Shown: positions 25,921 to 38,303 of the stretch, piece by piece
Position numbering within the stretch: position 1 is the first letter of the stretch
Layout of the letters: every line of letters begins with the position of its first letter
Assembly: GCA_018398765.1 (NCBI GenBank)
Contig: JAHBMJ010000297.1
Location: forward strand, 1-51,690
From: Chromera velia
Lineage: Eukaryota
Direction: 5' to 3'
DNA: 51,690 nucleotides
Position numbers and translations under genes: made by a program
The notes under the pieces: generated by a model
Seen by the model: the letters and a program-made list of their open reading frames with translations, nothing else
Databases searched by the model: none
Told to the model about the DNA's origin: nothing

Positions 25921-27929
25921 TCTTTTCTTTTTAATTCTATCACAGGTTGCGGTTGACAACCTGCACTACGAGATCACGGATCAGCGTTTAGACTTGAGTC
26001 TTGAACATCTGCGAAGGAAAGAGTCAATGTGTCGACTCTTAGGAGAGCTGTGGGGAATGGATTACGCCCAGGCCCGCAACCTAATGACAGAATCAGGTGG
26101 AAATCAGATCACCACGGATGTGGGTGACCTGAAAGATGATGATAATGAGGAGGACTTCGATAAACCCCCTCTTTCGCCGCATTTCTCAGCGATGGAGCTC
26201 TCGGAATTCCGTCAGGATGAATCGGTCAGACAGCTTGGTTTTCCCCCTTTCCCCCCCGTCACCTTTCCGCTCGTTTTTCCCCCTTCCCCCCCCGTCGGCT
26301 CAAGGTTTCCGCTCGTTTTTCAACGGTTTCCGCTTCCCTCCCCGTTAGCTTCATGCTGATTCTTTTCCCTTTGTTTTTGCACTGCATCGGATGCATGCAG
26401 AGCTTAGCAGCAGCGGACCTCAGCTGCTCTGTTGCAGAAATCATGTCTTCAGAGAGACCTGTTTTTCTGACTGAGGTAGACCTCACAAATCTGTAAACAA
26501 GGCCAGGAGGCGCGTTCATCTCGTACCATCCGAAATCTCCATCCAGATGGAGCTCTTCTATGAGGGATCTGGTCTGGCAGCTTCACCAGAACCATGGTGA
26601 CGACTATGCAAAGATCGCATCAGAGCTGGATTCCTTGCGAAAACTACAAGATGGCGATGATGCCGATATTACAGGTCAGTGTTTCCCTTTAATTCTTCTT
26701 TGACTTGCCAGCTAGATTGCCAATGATTACCAGTTTTTCTCCTTCTTGTTTACCTGTTTTCCCTCTTTTTGTTTACTTATTTTCCCCCTTCTTGTTTACT
26801 TGTTTTCCCTCTTTTCTACCCTGACCCCCCCTATCCCCTTTCTCCCCCTTGCTTCCCCCCCTTCTTGTACAAGCTTTTCCCCCTTTCTTGCATTGCAGCT
26901 CTCAACATCAACATCCCTGACTGCCACATCTCATACACAAACCGGTCGTTCGTGAAGCAGTTCATTGACGACCAGAAGAAAAAACGAGCGGGGGCAGACG
27001 CTCTTGCTTCCAGCTGTTCGATGAGCAATAGAGTGCGGCACAACCACAACTCTTCGTACTCCATACCAGACGGCATGGTTGATATTGGAGCAGCGGCTGG
27101 AGTTGTTCCTGATGCCAGAGAGATTGCGGAAATGAACTCGGGAGGGGGGGCTACGCAGGAGGTGATCGACGTGGAGGAGGGGGGGGGAGGGGGTGACCTC
27201 ATGCCACCGCCCAACCAGTACTATGTGGTGCTTGCACAGTAGTGAGTGCAACTTGCACAGTCTCACAACCTGGGCAAAGCAAACTATTCAAAACTGATTC
27301 ACATCCTTAATTTGTCAGTCAGGAGCTGTTGTGACCTCTGTGGGCTTCCGGTTGAATCTTCTACTCACCCGAAAAGACAGATATACTACTTGTATTGCCC
27401 CCTCACTTTTCCCGATCTGACTGAATTCGAGACCGTTGAAATCCCAAAAAGAAAGCATGCAAAAGAGGTTGCCCGTTTGGCAAAGTAAGGGCAGGTATGC
27501 AACGAATGTCAGACAATCTTTGATCAAGGAGACCGATTCTTCCATGAGGTCAAACAACTCAAAGAAGAGGGGGCATTTTTTATTTGGTGTCCATCTCCCT
27601 AAGGTGGAAAGCCTGCCAAAGAGTTTAGTCAATGGGAGAAAGACATTTTGAAGGCACACAATTTGTAAAAGGCAAGGCAGAAGAAGAAGAAGAAGAAGAA
27701 TTTTTAAAGACGGGGGCTGAATGCTTAATGCTTTACCTTCTTATTCCAGTGTTTCATGTGTTTTTCCCCCGTCTTTCTCGTTCTGTTCACTACTTTTCCG
27801 GGCTGTGCCCCCCCTTGCTGTTTGTTTTTCCCCTTCATTCAGTTGTCATTATCGCAATGACTTTGGATGTTGCATATTGCATTGCAATCATGCAGATGTT
27901 TGATAAAAAACCCAAGACCCATAAGTATT

Positions 27930-28930
27930 TGAAAATCAGCTTTTAGAAGTATTTTGAAAATCAGACTAAAATTTTAAGTTAGTTTGATAATCAGACTAGT
28001 TTTTTAGCGCCGCAGGCGAAAATTTTTTTTTTTAACTAAATATATTAGAAAATCAGCTTTTAGAACATGTTCGGAAACCAGACCAAAATTCAGAGTTGGC
28101 TTAAAAATCAGACTAGAATTCGAAGTTAGTTTGAAAATCAGACTAGAATTCGAAGTTAGTTTAAAAATCAGACTAGAATTCGAAGTTAATTCAAAAATCA
28201 AACTAAAATTTTAAGTTAGTTTGATAATTAGACTAGTTTTTTAGCGCCGCAGGTGAAATTTTTTTTTTTAAACTAAATGTATTAGAAAATCAGCTTTTAG
28301 AACATGTCCGGGAACCAGACTAAAATTCAGAGTTGACTCGAAAATCAGACTAAAATTCGAAGTCAATTCGGAAATCAGACTAGAATTCGAAGTTAGTTCA
28401 AAAATCAGACTAAAATTTTAAGTTAGTTCGAAAATCAAACTAGTTTTTTAGCGCCGCAGGTGAAAATTTTTTTTTTTTAACTAAATATATTAGAAAATCA
28501 GCTTTTAGAACATGTTTGGGAACCAGACTAAAATTCAGAGTTAACTTGAAAATCAGACTAAAATTCGAAGTCAGTTTGGAAATCAGACTAGAATTCGAAG
28601 TTAGTTCAAAAATCAAACTAAAATTTTAAGTTGGTTCGAAAATCAGACTAGTTTTTTAGCGTCGCAGGTGAAATTTTTTTTTTTTTTACTAAATATATTA
28701 GAAAATCAGCTTTTAGAACATGTTCGGAAACCAGACTAAAATTCAGAGTTGGCTCGAAAATCAGACTAGAATTCGAAGTCAATTCAAAAATCAGACTAGA
28801 ATTCGAAGTCGAAAATCAGACCAGAATTCGAAGTCAGTTCGAAAAGCAGACTAAAATTCTAAGTTAGTTCGAAAATCAGACTAGAATTCGAAGTCAGTTC
28901 GAAAAGCAAATCAAAAATCTGACTAGTTTT
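27930..28930. repeat. 30-bp tandem repeat array (GAAAATCAGACYAGAATTCGAAGTYAGTTC) arranged in ~210-240 bp higher-order units
   Basis: About 30 units. A TTTTTTAGCGCCGCAGGYGAAA spacer block recurs near 28000, 28237, 28445 and 28652. Confidence 0.92.
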
Positions 28931-28932
28931 TT

Positions 28933-28980
28933 GGCGCGCGAAGCGCGCCGATATCATCTTTTCGGCGCGCTTCGCGCGCC
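28933..28980. other. Perfect 19-bp GC-rich inverted repeat (hairpin) closing the repeat array
   Basis: GGCGCGCGAAGCGCGCCGA (28933-28951) pairs with TCGGCGCGCTTCGCGCGCC (28962-28980), with a 10-nt loop. Confidence 0.9.
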
Positions 28981-29238
28981 GTCTTTTTCCCCCCCTTTGG
29001 TGTATTTTCTTCCCCCAGCCCTCCCCAGGGCACTGCAGCATGCAAAAACCATGCACACAAAATCTGGCAAACAGACGGCAAACAGCGCCGCAATCTGAGC
29101 TCAGTTTTCTTCTTTGTGACAGCTTCATATGTCTTCATGACCTTATGGCTTAATCTCGATATTTGGTGGATCGAAGGCAGCAAGGAAAAGTGAAACTATT
29201 GGGAAGAACAAGAGCGAGAAGACAAAGTCAGTCTCAGG

Positions 29239-30816
29239 ATGCAACTCCGGCCGTCTCGCTTCCGCTTTCTTGCTGTGTCTCTGGCGTGTGCAGTCATAGC
29301 GAGGACGGCAATCGCGGCAGATGAACAGGAGAAGGAGACAGATGAGAAGGTGCGTCTTTGCCAGTGTGACGTGCATGAATTTGCTTCAGAAAGATAAGAG
29401 GATATTTTGATGTTTGATTTGCGAGAGGACAGAAAGATACTTCTTCAAACCACGATCCACGTTTTCTTTTCGCCCTCTGGCCGCTCCCCTGTTTTTCATT
29501 CAGACGGGGAGATCGTATCAGCCTCTATGGATCCCCCCCTCTCCCTCCTTTTTGAGACCAAGTCTTTCCTAGCTCTCCCAACCTGGAGAGTGGATTCATC
29601 AGCCTGATCAAGGTGTGGAGTGTAGAGGTTTGGGGTTCGAAGTCGTTGTAGTGTCCTGACTGGTCATCGCTGTGCACTCTTGAGTGTCTGAAGATGTTCC
29701 TCTCTGTGTGTTGAAGTTGTACTGGCCTTTCTTTGAGGTGTCGCATTTGCCGGTTGGTGTGGGGTTTTTCAGCTCATGCAGCCCGAAAATAGGGAAAGCC
29801 GCTTTCTTTGTTTTCTCTTTTCGTTGTCGGCTCGGACCTCTTGCAATGGAATGCAATGGGGTGGAAGGAGACCTCATTGCAATGTAATCTACAGAGCTGC
29901 GGTGAATGTTTTCTTCAGCGCTAACTCCCGTGACCGATCCACTGTGTAATGCCGTCTCTCTTTCTCGTTTTCTCTCTTGCTCCCTGTTGTATTAATATAT
30001 AGATAAGCTGAAGACATGTCATTCGAACCTACTTGATCTCAATCAAGTGCCTGCTGCAGGGCGGAATGAAGTTTGACTTCGGGAGCATGTTTGATGGATT
30101 GAAGGACGCGTTGAAGATCGGAGGGGGAGACGGTGACATGGGGAAGTTTGCTGACTTGTTTGGAGACCTCTCTCATCTGAAGGATTTGTTTGGGAAGGAC
30201 GGAGACGGTGGGGGAGACGCACTGAAGAACCTGGACCTCTCGAAGCTCTTCGATGGTGTCAAAGACAAAAAAGGGGGAGCGAAGAACAAGGACAAGAAAG
30301 GCAAGGGTCAGTGAGTGATAAGGATAGACTTGCAATCGGATGGAATTTCTTTCAACTTTCGTGCGCTTTCAACTGGATGGGTGGAAAGGAAAAGGGCAAC
30401 GAAGAGTTCCAAACGTTATCGCATTGGTCTCTGGCCCTGTGGGGAAAGGATGAAAAAACCACGCCCCCCCTTCAACCGATGTGTGCGTTTCTGTCGATTT
30501 GCCACGGCCTTTCTTCTTGACTTCTTCGCTCTGCGTTTCTCTCTGTGGTATTCTGTTGCCCCTCCCTCCTTAATTGCAGAAATGCTTGGGGAATGCGATG
30601 GTCCCGGGGCGACGTGCCGTTCTAACGGCAATCCCGTGTGCAAGTGTGGAGTATCAAAGTTCTGTGCCAGGGCGAGTTCTCCGAAAGTGACCAACAGGGA
30701 CACCTGCGTCTTCCCTCCTGGGCAACCTTGCACTGAAACCTCTCCACAGGTACATGCGTGGGTTTGGTTGCTTGTCAGACAGAATGGTTTGCCCGTCATT
30801 CGAGTCGGTGTGTGTG

Positions 30817-30855
<39 letters not shown>

Positions 30856-31314
30856 NNNNNNNNNNNNNNNNNNNNNNNNNNNNNNNNNNNNNNNNNNNNN
30901 NNNNNNNNNNNNNNNNNNNNNNNNNNNNNNNNNNNNNNNNNNNNNNNNNNNNNNNNNNNNNNNNNNNNNNNNNNNNNNNNNNNNNNNNNNNNNNNNNNNN
31001 NNNNNNNNNNNNNNNNNNNNNNNNNNNNNNNNNNNNNNNNNNNNNNNNNNNNNNNNNNNNNNNNNNNNNNNNNNNNNNNNNNNNNNNNNNNNNNNNNNNN
31101 NNNNNNNNNNNNNNNNNNNNNNNNNNNNNNNNNNNNNNNNNNNNNNNNNNNNNNNNNTGTGTGTGTGTGTGTGTGTGTGTGTGAATGTGTGTGTGAATTT
31201 GTGTGTGTGTGTGTGTGTGTGAATGTGCCCGTCTATGTGTGTGTCTATATGTGTGTGTATGTGTGTGCGTGTGTGTGTGTGCGTGCGCGTGCGCGTGTGC
31301 GTGTGTGTGTGTGT

Positions 31315-31358
<44 letters not shown>

Positions 31359-34300
31359 TGAAGTAAGTAGGACATGCCCTGTGCACGTTGTCTGCCCTGT
31401 ATCGACCTTTTTGCCTGATGTGCGCCTGCCTGTCGGAAAGGTATGGGGGGCCCGAGGAAAAACGAATGAATCGAATGTGTGTGCATCCATCCTATTTCAG
31501 GACACAAACATATGAATTGATATCATGCCAGTGTGTGGGTCGAGTTGCATGAAGAGACGGCTGAAGAACTTTTGTTGGAGCTTTTGGCCGATCACACAGG
31601 CATGGAGGGGGGAATGTCGAGGGATGTCTACGGACCATGCGCGAGTTTCCTTCTCTTTATGCCCATGCATGCTGTTTGTGTGAGGTGAGTGACTGCAGAA
31701 GTGCGCCTCCGGCATCTGTGAAGTTAAAGAAGGGAAGGGGCCAACGGGAATTTGCGGCCTGGGACCAGAGGGATCTCCGTGCATGAGTAAGTGAGTGGAG
31801 GGAGTGAGGTGTCACAAACAAAAAAAGGACCAGACGCATTTTCTTGTGAGACAGTAAGGCAGGCCCTTTCATCAGTGAGAAAAATGATGAAAACCAATCA
31901 CTTTCTCTGTCTCTCTCATCTTTCTCTCTTTTGTTCTTCTATCCACCCGTTTTTCACCTCTCTGTTCTTCATGCTCGCCCTCCAACTGCTTCTCTATCTC
32001 CCGCTCCTCTCCTCTCCTCTCCTTTCTGTGTGTTCTCACAAGATCACTCGCGTTGGAGTTGCTTGAGCCTATCAGACTAAAATTCTGCTCTCTCTTTGTC
32101 TCCTTTTTTCTCTCTGTTTTCAGATGCGACAGACTGCGATGCCTTCGAACCCATGCTGGCCTGCAACAGCACCACCGGCACATGCGATGAGTGTGGGCCC
32201 GGTGTTATGTGCAATGTGACAACAGGAATGGGAGGGGGATGCTGTGACCCGTATCAGTGCCAGGAGCTGATTGAGACGGGTGACGGCAATCGCAGATTGA
32301 GCGGGGAGGGAGAAAAGGGGGAGCACATTGTGATCGAGACGCGGTGTTGTGCAACAACCATGGGACCTTCTTGCGGTAAAGAGGACGACAATTGCTGGTC
32401 AGTGCGTTTCTTTTCTTCATGATGATTGTATCTTTTCTTTCTTTGTCTTTTACATTTGATTTTTCATTTTCTGCTTCTCTCATACTCAGTCGGCCTGTCT
32501 TGAATACGTCCGCCACACGATATTCTTCTCAGCCCTTTTCATCTTCTGGTCCTTCTCTTGTTCTGATTCTCCTAATCAACTTTCTCTTTTGTATGTTGCT
32601 CCTTCTCTGTCTCTGTGCAGCAACCCCGACGACTCCTGTCTGAAGACCTCCAAAAAAGATTTCGGCCAGTCGATCCCTCAGACGACATGCTGCCGCAGAT
32701 TCGCCACGTCGTGTGACTCTGCAGCCGAGTGTTGCCCCCCCTCGAAAGGAGAATTTTCCGAATCTTCTTGCGAGGAGGGACTGTGTTGCATCAACGAAGG
32801 GTCCTCATGTGATTCTGGACCGGGGGGAGGGTCGAAAAATAGAAATTGCTGTGGTAACTCGAATAAAGGTTTTGCCGCTAACAACTGCCTCAAAATAGAG
32901 AGAATCAACGGAGGCACAGCGCTGTGTGGCCCGTGCAGACAGCCAGAGCAGGACTGTTTCAAGAATTCCGATTGTTGTGACCCAAAGATGCAGGACAAGA
33001 AAGGGGGAAACGTGTGCATCGGCGCTGCGGATAACAGCACGGGAAAATTCCCGGGGCTGTGCGGTGCTTGTCGTACCCTTGGGGAGCCGTGCACCCGAGT
33101 TACGCCCTCCAAAGTAAACAAAGAGTGTTGCAACAGGCCCGGTGATCCGTCGAGGGTCAAATGCGAAGAGGTGAAGATCAACGGAACCAAAACCGAAGAT
33201 ACCGTGTGTTGTGTGGGATTCGAGGGTGCGTGTGAGGAAGACGAGGATTGCTGCCAGCTTGCTTTCAACCCCCCTGATTTGATTAGGGCGTGCGTCAATT
33301 CCACCTGTCTCACTGTAGAGCCTCCTGACGAAATCCTCAAGGATATTGGGTCGGACAGAAGGCGCCTGTCAGGATCTGCAGGTCCAGTGGGGGTCGAGGC
33401 CTCCTCCTCAGCTCTCGTTGGTCTTCCTCTGAATGCGCAGGTTGGTGAGATCGGGGGGGTAGGGTGGACGGGGGTGTGAGCATTACTTTGAGGGCATTGG
33501 AAAGGCTGTATTTGGGAAGTTTACACGTGAAATGAGTTTGTGTAATGTGGGACAAATGTGTGCATGTGAGTTTACTTAGTGAAGGGCATGGGAGTGTTTC
33601 TCTTTTGTTTTCGCTCTTGATATGCCCAGTTGTGTGACTGCTTTTCTTTGTGCCATTTCCGAACAGAGGACTGCTGTGTCAGAAGGAAGAACTAAGTCTG
33701 TTGATAGACACGCCTTCCTTCCTTCCTTCCTTCCTTCCTTCTTTCCTCCCTTGTTTGTGCCTGCATGCAGAACCGCACGAACCCCCATTCTTCGGAGGCC
33801 AAGAGAGAGATGATGAAACAGTCAAAGGAGAAGAGGAAGAGGAAGAGAAGCCCAGCCAAAGCACCCTGGCTCGACCATCTTTTCGGATTCTCCCTCGCCT
33901 TCTCTCAGGACTGCTCTCTCCTCGCAGGTAGGTCGGTCCGACAGCAGCAAGGAGAAAGACACGCAAGAGGCTCGCGGGAAGTGGGGGCGGTGAAATGAAG
34001 GAAAGAAAGAGGGAAATATCAGCAGACAGACAGACAGAGAGAGAGATAAAGGGAAGGAAAAAGAATGTCACGTAGGGACTCTACAACGACCAGCGAGTAT
34101 AGGCGGTTATGTTTTTTTTTCACGCTCAACTCGCGTGTCTACCCCCTTCCCCTCTTTTGGTTTCCTTTTTTCTTGCAGTTTCCTGTCCTGCCTCTTTGCC
34201 CTTGCTTGTCTGATTTTGAACTTGAATCAAGGAGCACAATCTGAACATTCCTTTTCTACTTCAAAATCGTAAGATCACTGCTTTCCTTCTGCCCACGTGT

Positions 34301-35333
34301 CTTTATTCAGTATGGGAGAAGACTTCTTCACCCTGTCCTGACTGTCCATTTCTTTGCAATTGTGTCCATGTACTGTCTGCTGAATCTTTCATCGTACCCC
34401 AGTCCTCGTTCTTGCATCCTTCCCCTGTCTCTTTCTTTCCCCCTGCCCCTGTGAGAATATTCAGTCGGGGAGCCCGGAACAGACGAGCAACAGGGCGCCG
34501 TCTCCGTCTACCGTCTCAGACGGCCCGTTGACGACCTGTCAGAAGCAAACGAGAAGGGATCCAACTCTTCCCCTTTCACCTTTGCAACCCGCCCAGCGCG
34601 TCTCCTAGTCACTCGTGGGGATCCCCCTCTTTCGGGCCGCCGTCTCTCCTGGTCTGCAGATCCCACCAAAGATAGGGTCACCCTAGAGACCCGCCGTCTC
34701 ACTCTGTCTCCTCCCAAAAGAGATGAAAGCCGCCAGGTGGATATCGAGGCCGTGAGAGTCGATCTCGCACCACCCCGCCGCCGTTTCCGTCCGAGAGGGC
34801 GTGACAGGGGAGGCAAAGCGCTGTTCGGTTCTGCGGTTACTCAGTGTTCTGCGCCTGTCGCTGCCGGCTCTGATGAGTTTGTTCACTTCCTCGCAGTCTC
34901 CGCTCCAGGCTCATGGCACGGCAATGTTTACGTGTATGTTCTGACTGAGGGGCAGGCGGGGGGGAGTATGACAGGGAGTGTGGGGGACCAGAGGGCTGGC
35001 GGTTTTGGGTACGAAATTGTTCAGGAGTTGGTGTCACAAGGTGGGAAGGGACCCTATGATTTCCTTCAGCGATTGTCGTTGAGGGACGCTGGGGGGTTTG
35101 GGGAAGCGCGCATGGGTCAGACGGTTAAGTTTGAAATCAAGGAAAACTCGGAAGAGATGCTTCTTTTGACAACTGAGCAGAGAGAGGGGGCTCAGGCCTA
35201 TGGATTTAAAATGGGCACAAAAGAAACGGAGCCGGTGTGGCCTCCCTTCAGTCGCTTATCGCCTGCGCAAATGGAGGTCTTGAATACAGAGTCCGACGTG
35301 GCACTTCCAGGTCTTGCGTCGTTGGTGGCCTGA
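29239..35333 (+). CDS. Secreted cysteine-rich protein with tandem knottin-like Cx6Cx5CC modules and C-terminal FG-GAP (integrin-alpha-like) repeats
   Basis: Phase-compatible exons: 29239-29349 (signal peptide MQLRPSRFRFLAVSLACAVIARTAIA), 30060-30306, 30580-30749, 31699-31786, 32124-32397, 32621-33440, 33771-33927, 34465-35333. Splicing 33927/34465 rebuilds FGFSLAFSQDCSLLAVGEPG..GAVSVY. A second repeat reads LFGSAV..LAVSAPG..GNVYVY. An assembly gap lies in intron 3, and the 3' end could include one more exon near 35815. Confidence 0.7.
30808..31355. repeat. (GT)n microsatellite containing an assembly gap (N run)
   Basis: Direct reading; Ns at about 30856-31157. Confidence 0.95.
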
Positions 35334-35570
35334 CTGACTGAATTGAGAGAGAAAGACGAGACGGGGGAGGAGGGCCCGAATGTTGGGTGCATGGAGCACG
35401 GCTCTCCTCTCCTCTCCTCTCCTCTCCTCTCTCTGTGATGCATAAGGGCTTCGTCGGGGCGAAGCCCTGATTGATTGCCGAACACGGACAGCCGGCCGGG
35501 CAGGAAGAAAGGCAGAGAGAAGTACGAGCGACATAGACACACGCACGCTCATAAACATACATACACACAT

Positions 35571-35794
35571 ACACACACCGAGAGAAGAAGAGAGACAGAG
35601 AGGTGAGGCTCGGAATCAGCCCACCGTCTTTGTTTCCATTTAAATTGCCGATGAGGCAGAGGTCACTTTCTTCTTTGTGTGGGACACACACCGAGAGAAG
35701 AAGAGAGACAGAGAGGTGAGGCTCGGAATCAGCCCACCGTCTTTGTTTCCATTTAAATTGCCGATGAAGCAGTGGTGACTTTCTTCTTTGTGTG
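35571..35794. repeat. 113-bp direct tandem duplication
   Basis: ACACACACCGAGAGAAGAAGAGAGACAGAGAGGTGAGGCTCGGAATCAGCCCACCG... occurs at 35571 and 35684, nearly identical. Confidence 0.9.
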
Positions 35795-36677
35795 TTATTT
35801 TTTGTTTCCTTCCAGCTCCCTCTGTAAAAGGGATCTGGAGAGATCGGCCTGTACGGCCAGGCTTTGCGAGGTGTTGTTGCTGAAGGCCGGAATTCCCTCG
35901 CTTTCATTTGTCCACTTTCCTTTTTTCGTCTGATGTACCCACTTCTGACAAAGCTTCTATCAATTAATTCTTCTGTGAGACCGTGTGCTTTCTTGAGGAT
36001 TGGATGATAGATTAAGGAGGCAAGTCTTCAGACTGGCTTCGTCCAACTGGCATCCTCAGTATTAAAGCAGTCCTTCGTCTCCTGCAGCATCTCATTTGTG
36101 TTGTGTTCCGTCGTTTACGGCTGGCGCACACAGAGACTGCAAAACCGCTTTGCCGGGCTTATAAAGCTTTCGGGGCCGCGCAAGGCAGTAATCAGCTTCA
36201 TCGCATGCAATCAAGTCTGTCAATTTCATCCGATGGACCAGGTGTGATCATCAGAATGTCCGTATGACCTTTTATTCATCTTAGTACTTGCTTCTGGATC
36301 TGACAGTCCTTATAATTGATTAAACTTAAATTGGAATAATGGTGCACCTTTATGCTGTTCGTATATATACGCTACTCCAAAATTCTTTGGAGATCTCCAA
36401 ATCTCCAAACATCTCTAACAAGTTTTTTTAATGGAATATGATCACATAAAGCTTAGAAACATGATCGGCACCGTCGGTACGCTTAGTTTCACTCTAGGTT
36501 TCACTATAGTAGCACTAGATAAAATATTTTAGCTAGCAATTCATAAATTGAATTAAGTGCTCCAGTGTAGCTCCACATGTCAGGTTTAGATATTAAAACT
36601 CATTTTGGAGAGATCCTAGGGAGAGATCCAATTAAAGCTGGAAACCATCTTGAGCTCCATCTACACTTGGACTTTAA

Positions 36678-38303
36678 GAGTTGACTCGAGTCAGTGTAAT
36701 TTACCCGGATAGCGCAGTAACTTTAGGGTTCACGACCCCGTAAAGTTACCGTACTTTAGTAACTTTGACAGTTGCCCTAAAATAACTAATTTAAGTATAG
36801 TAGTGTTATACGTGTGCCGCTGTGATATCGTATGGTACGTTCCACATCGTCCCACACAGTGGTTCCGGCTGGATCAACCCTAAACAGCAGAATAATTGCT
36901 TCTGCTTGTATGCTCTTCACTCAGATCGATCCATACTAGTTAAAATCTCCTTTCTTTTCTAGCCCTATCTGACAATCCTTGGACTTAATACGGCCGATGC
37001 ATCTCCATTCATTATGTAACCCTATATGTAGGCTGCTAGCCTTGAACACATCAAGTAGAAAGGTTATGCTATCATAGTAAAACTAGTGAAGATTCACTGA
37101 AGAAGTGTGAATCCACCCTTTACAGAGGTGAATGCAGACTACTTTCTTATATACTAGCTTAGTTAGTTAGTTAGTTAGAGGATGCTTAACCCCAGTTGTA
37201 GCGCTAAACTCCCGGGCGGCACATATATGCATGGTTAATTGTTGTTTGTTAAGTCGCCGATGGAGTTGATCAGTTAATCACTTTCTAGAATTGGGAGACA
37301 GGCATCAAAGAGACAGGCCCGATGCGAGCGTAGAAGCGATCGAATGACATTACGGATGAAGAGTTTAGATGTACTTGCACCGGGAAGTGGACAATTACAA
37401 TTATTTGAATTAATGGATTCCAGCTCAGCCAAGCAGTGCAGGAATTCTCTTTCATCCAGCCACTTGGCACATGAAGGAAGTCTATGCATGAAGTTATTAA
37501 CACACCGAATACAAGAATCATGTACACAGAGTTTGTGGTTGCCACATTCAACAGACAGAGCACTGCTTTCGCCTTGTGGGTTAAATGAGAGCAGATGTAA
37601 AAAACCGAATAAAGAGCCATCGGTTACTGTGAGAGTAGATCGAGGGAGGGCGGAAAAGGAGTAGAGACCAGAGGCGGATTTGTTGTAAAGAAGAAAAACA
37701 AACATGCGATGAGGGGAGGGAAAAGCTTGTTGAAGGGGGATAAGCTTAGATGAGCTTGGCAAGAGGAGGGAAATGTGAAGAAGCGATAGCCCTGCAACTG
37801 TATATCTAGCTCTGCCCTTAAAGAGAAAGAGCCTTATACATAAGTTCTTCTTTGTTGATCATAGTCATTGATCTCTGTTTTGAATCACTACATCAATAAA
37901 AGAGTGTTTTATAGTGTCTTATGCATTGTTTTATAGTAATTATATGCTTTAACTTGGTATAGACTTTTAGCTGCAGAGAAAGAGACGGGAAGGCGGGAAG
38001 TATAACGGTTATTGACCATGCGAGGAGTCTCCGACGTGCGGCCGGGAACGGCCCCGAAAAGCCTTTGAACGTGGTCTAAAAAAAAGCTAAATTACGGTAA
38101 CTTCACCCTTCTAACAGGCTAAAAAAAGCCGTCGGTAACCAGTAAAAAGTTACGTAATTCTTCTATGACATGAAAAGTTACGTAATATGATATGAATGCT
38201 CACAGGCTGCCTTTTACCATTGGGACACGATGGCTGGCGGGTTAAGTCACCTCATCATCATCATCAGTAACCCAACTTTTTTGTAGAAGTCCTTTAGTAA
38301 CTC
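36678..38303. mobile_element. Putative degenerate TTAA-flanked insertion with GAGTT...AACTC termini
   Basis: TTAA at 36674-36677 and 38304-38307, with short inverted ends. The flanks rejoin into a near-perfect palindrome. Confidence 0.35.

Larger units (their letters stand above)
21412..27650 (+). pseudogene. Dada-superfamily (DUF6729-type) DDE transposase pseudogene with introns
   Basis: Exon fragments at about 21412-21992, 22204-22368, 22621-24139, 24327-24424, 24553-24892, 25064-25171, 25317-25703, 25946 onward. Motifs: CPDC...RLQCQETC zinc finger, YLKNDIT (D1), LMNE, WLDRDCC (D2), LLDVFH (DxxH), GVLLF..RMEAIWEEQLKHVRNGCLSDPHGVSLY, ARSTS*LESLH (E). Many in-frame stops and frameshifts. The boundaries are approximate. 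Confidence 0.75.

Noticed and set aside
27930..28930. CRISPR-like array
   Set aside because: The units are head-to-tail with no unique spacers, there are no cas genes, and the context is eukaryotic.
30416..31515. Long HT/CV-repeat ORFs
   Set aside because: Artefacts of the (GT)n tract and the N gap.
37274..37762. 162-aa minus-strand ORF in the relic region
   Set aside because: No recognisable motif. It may be a transposon fragment but cannot be assigned.
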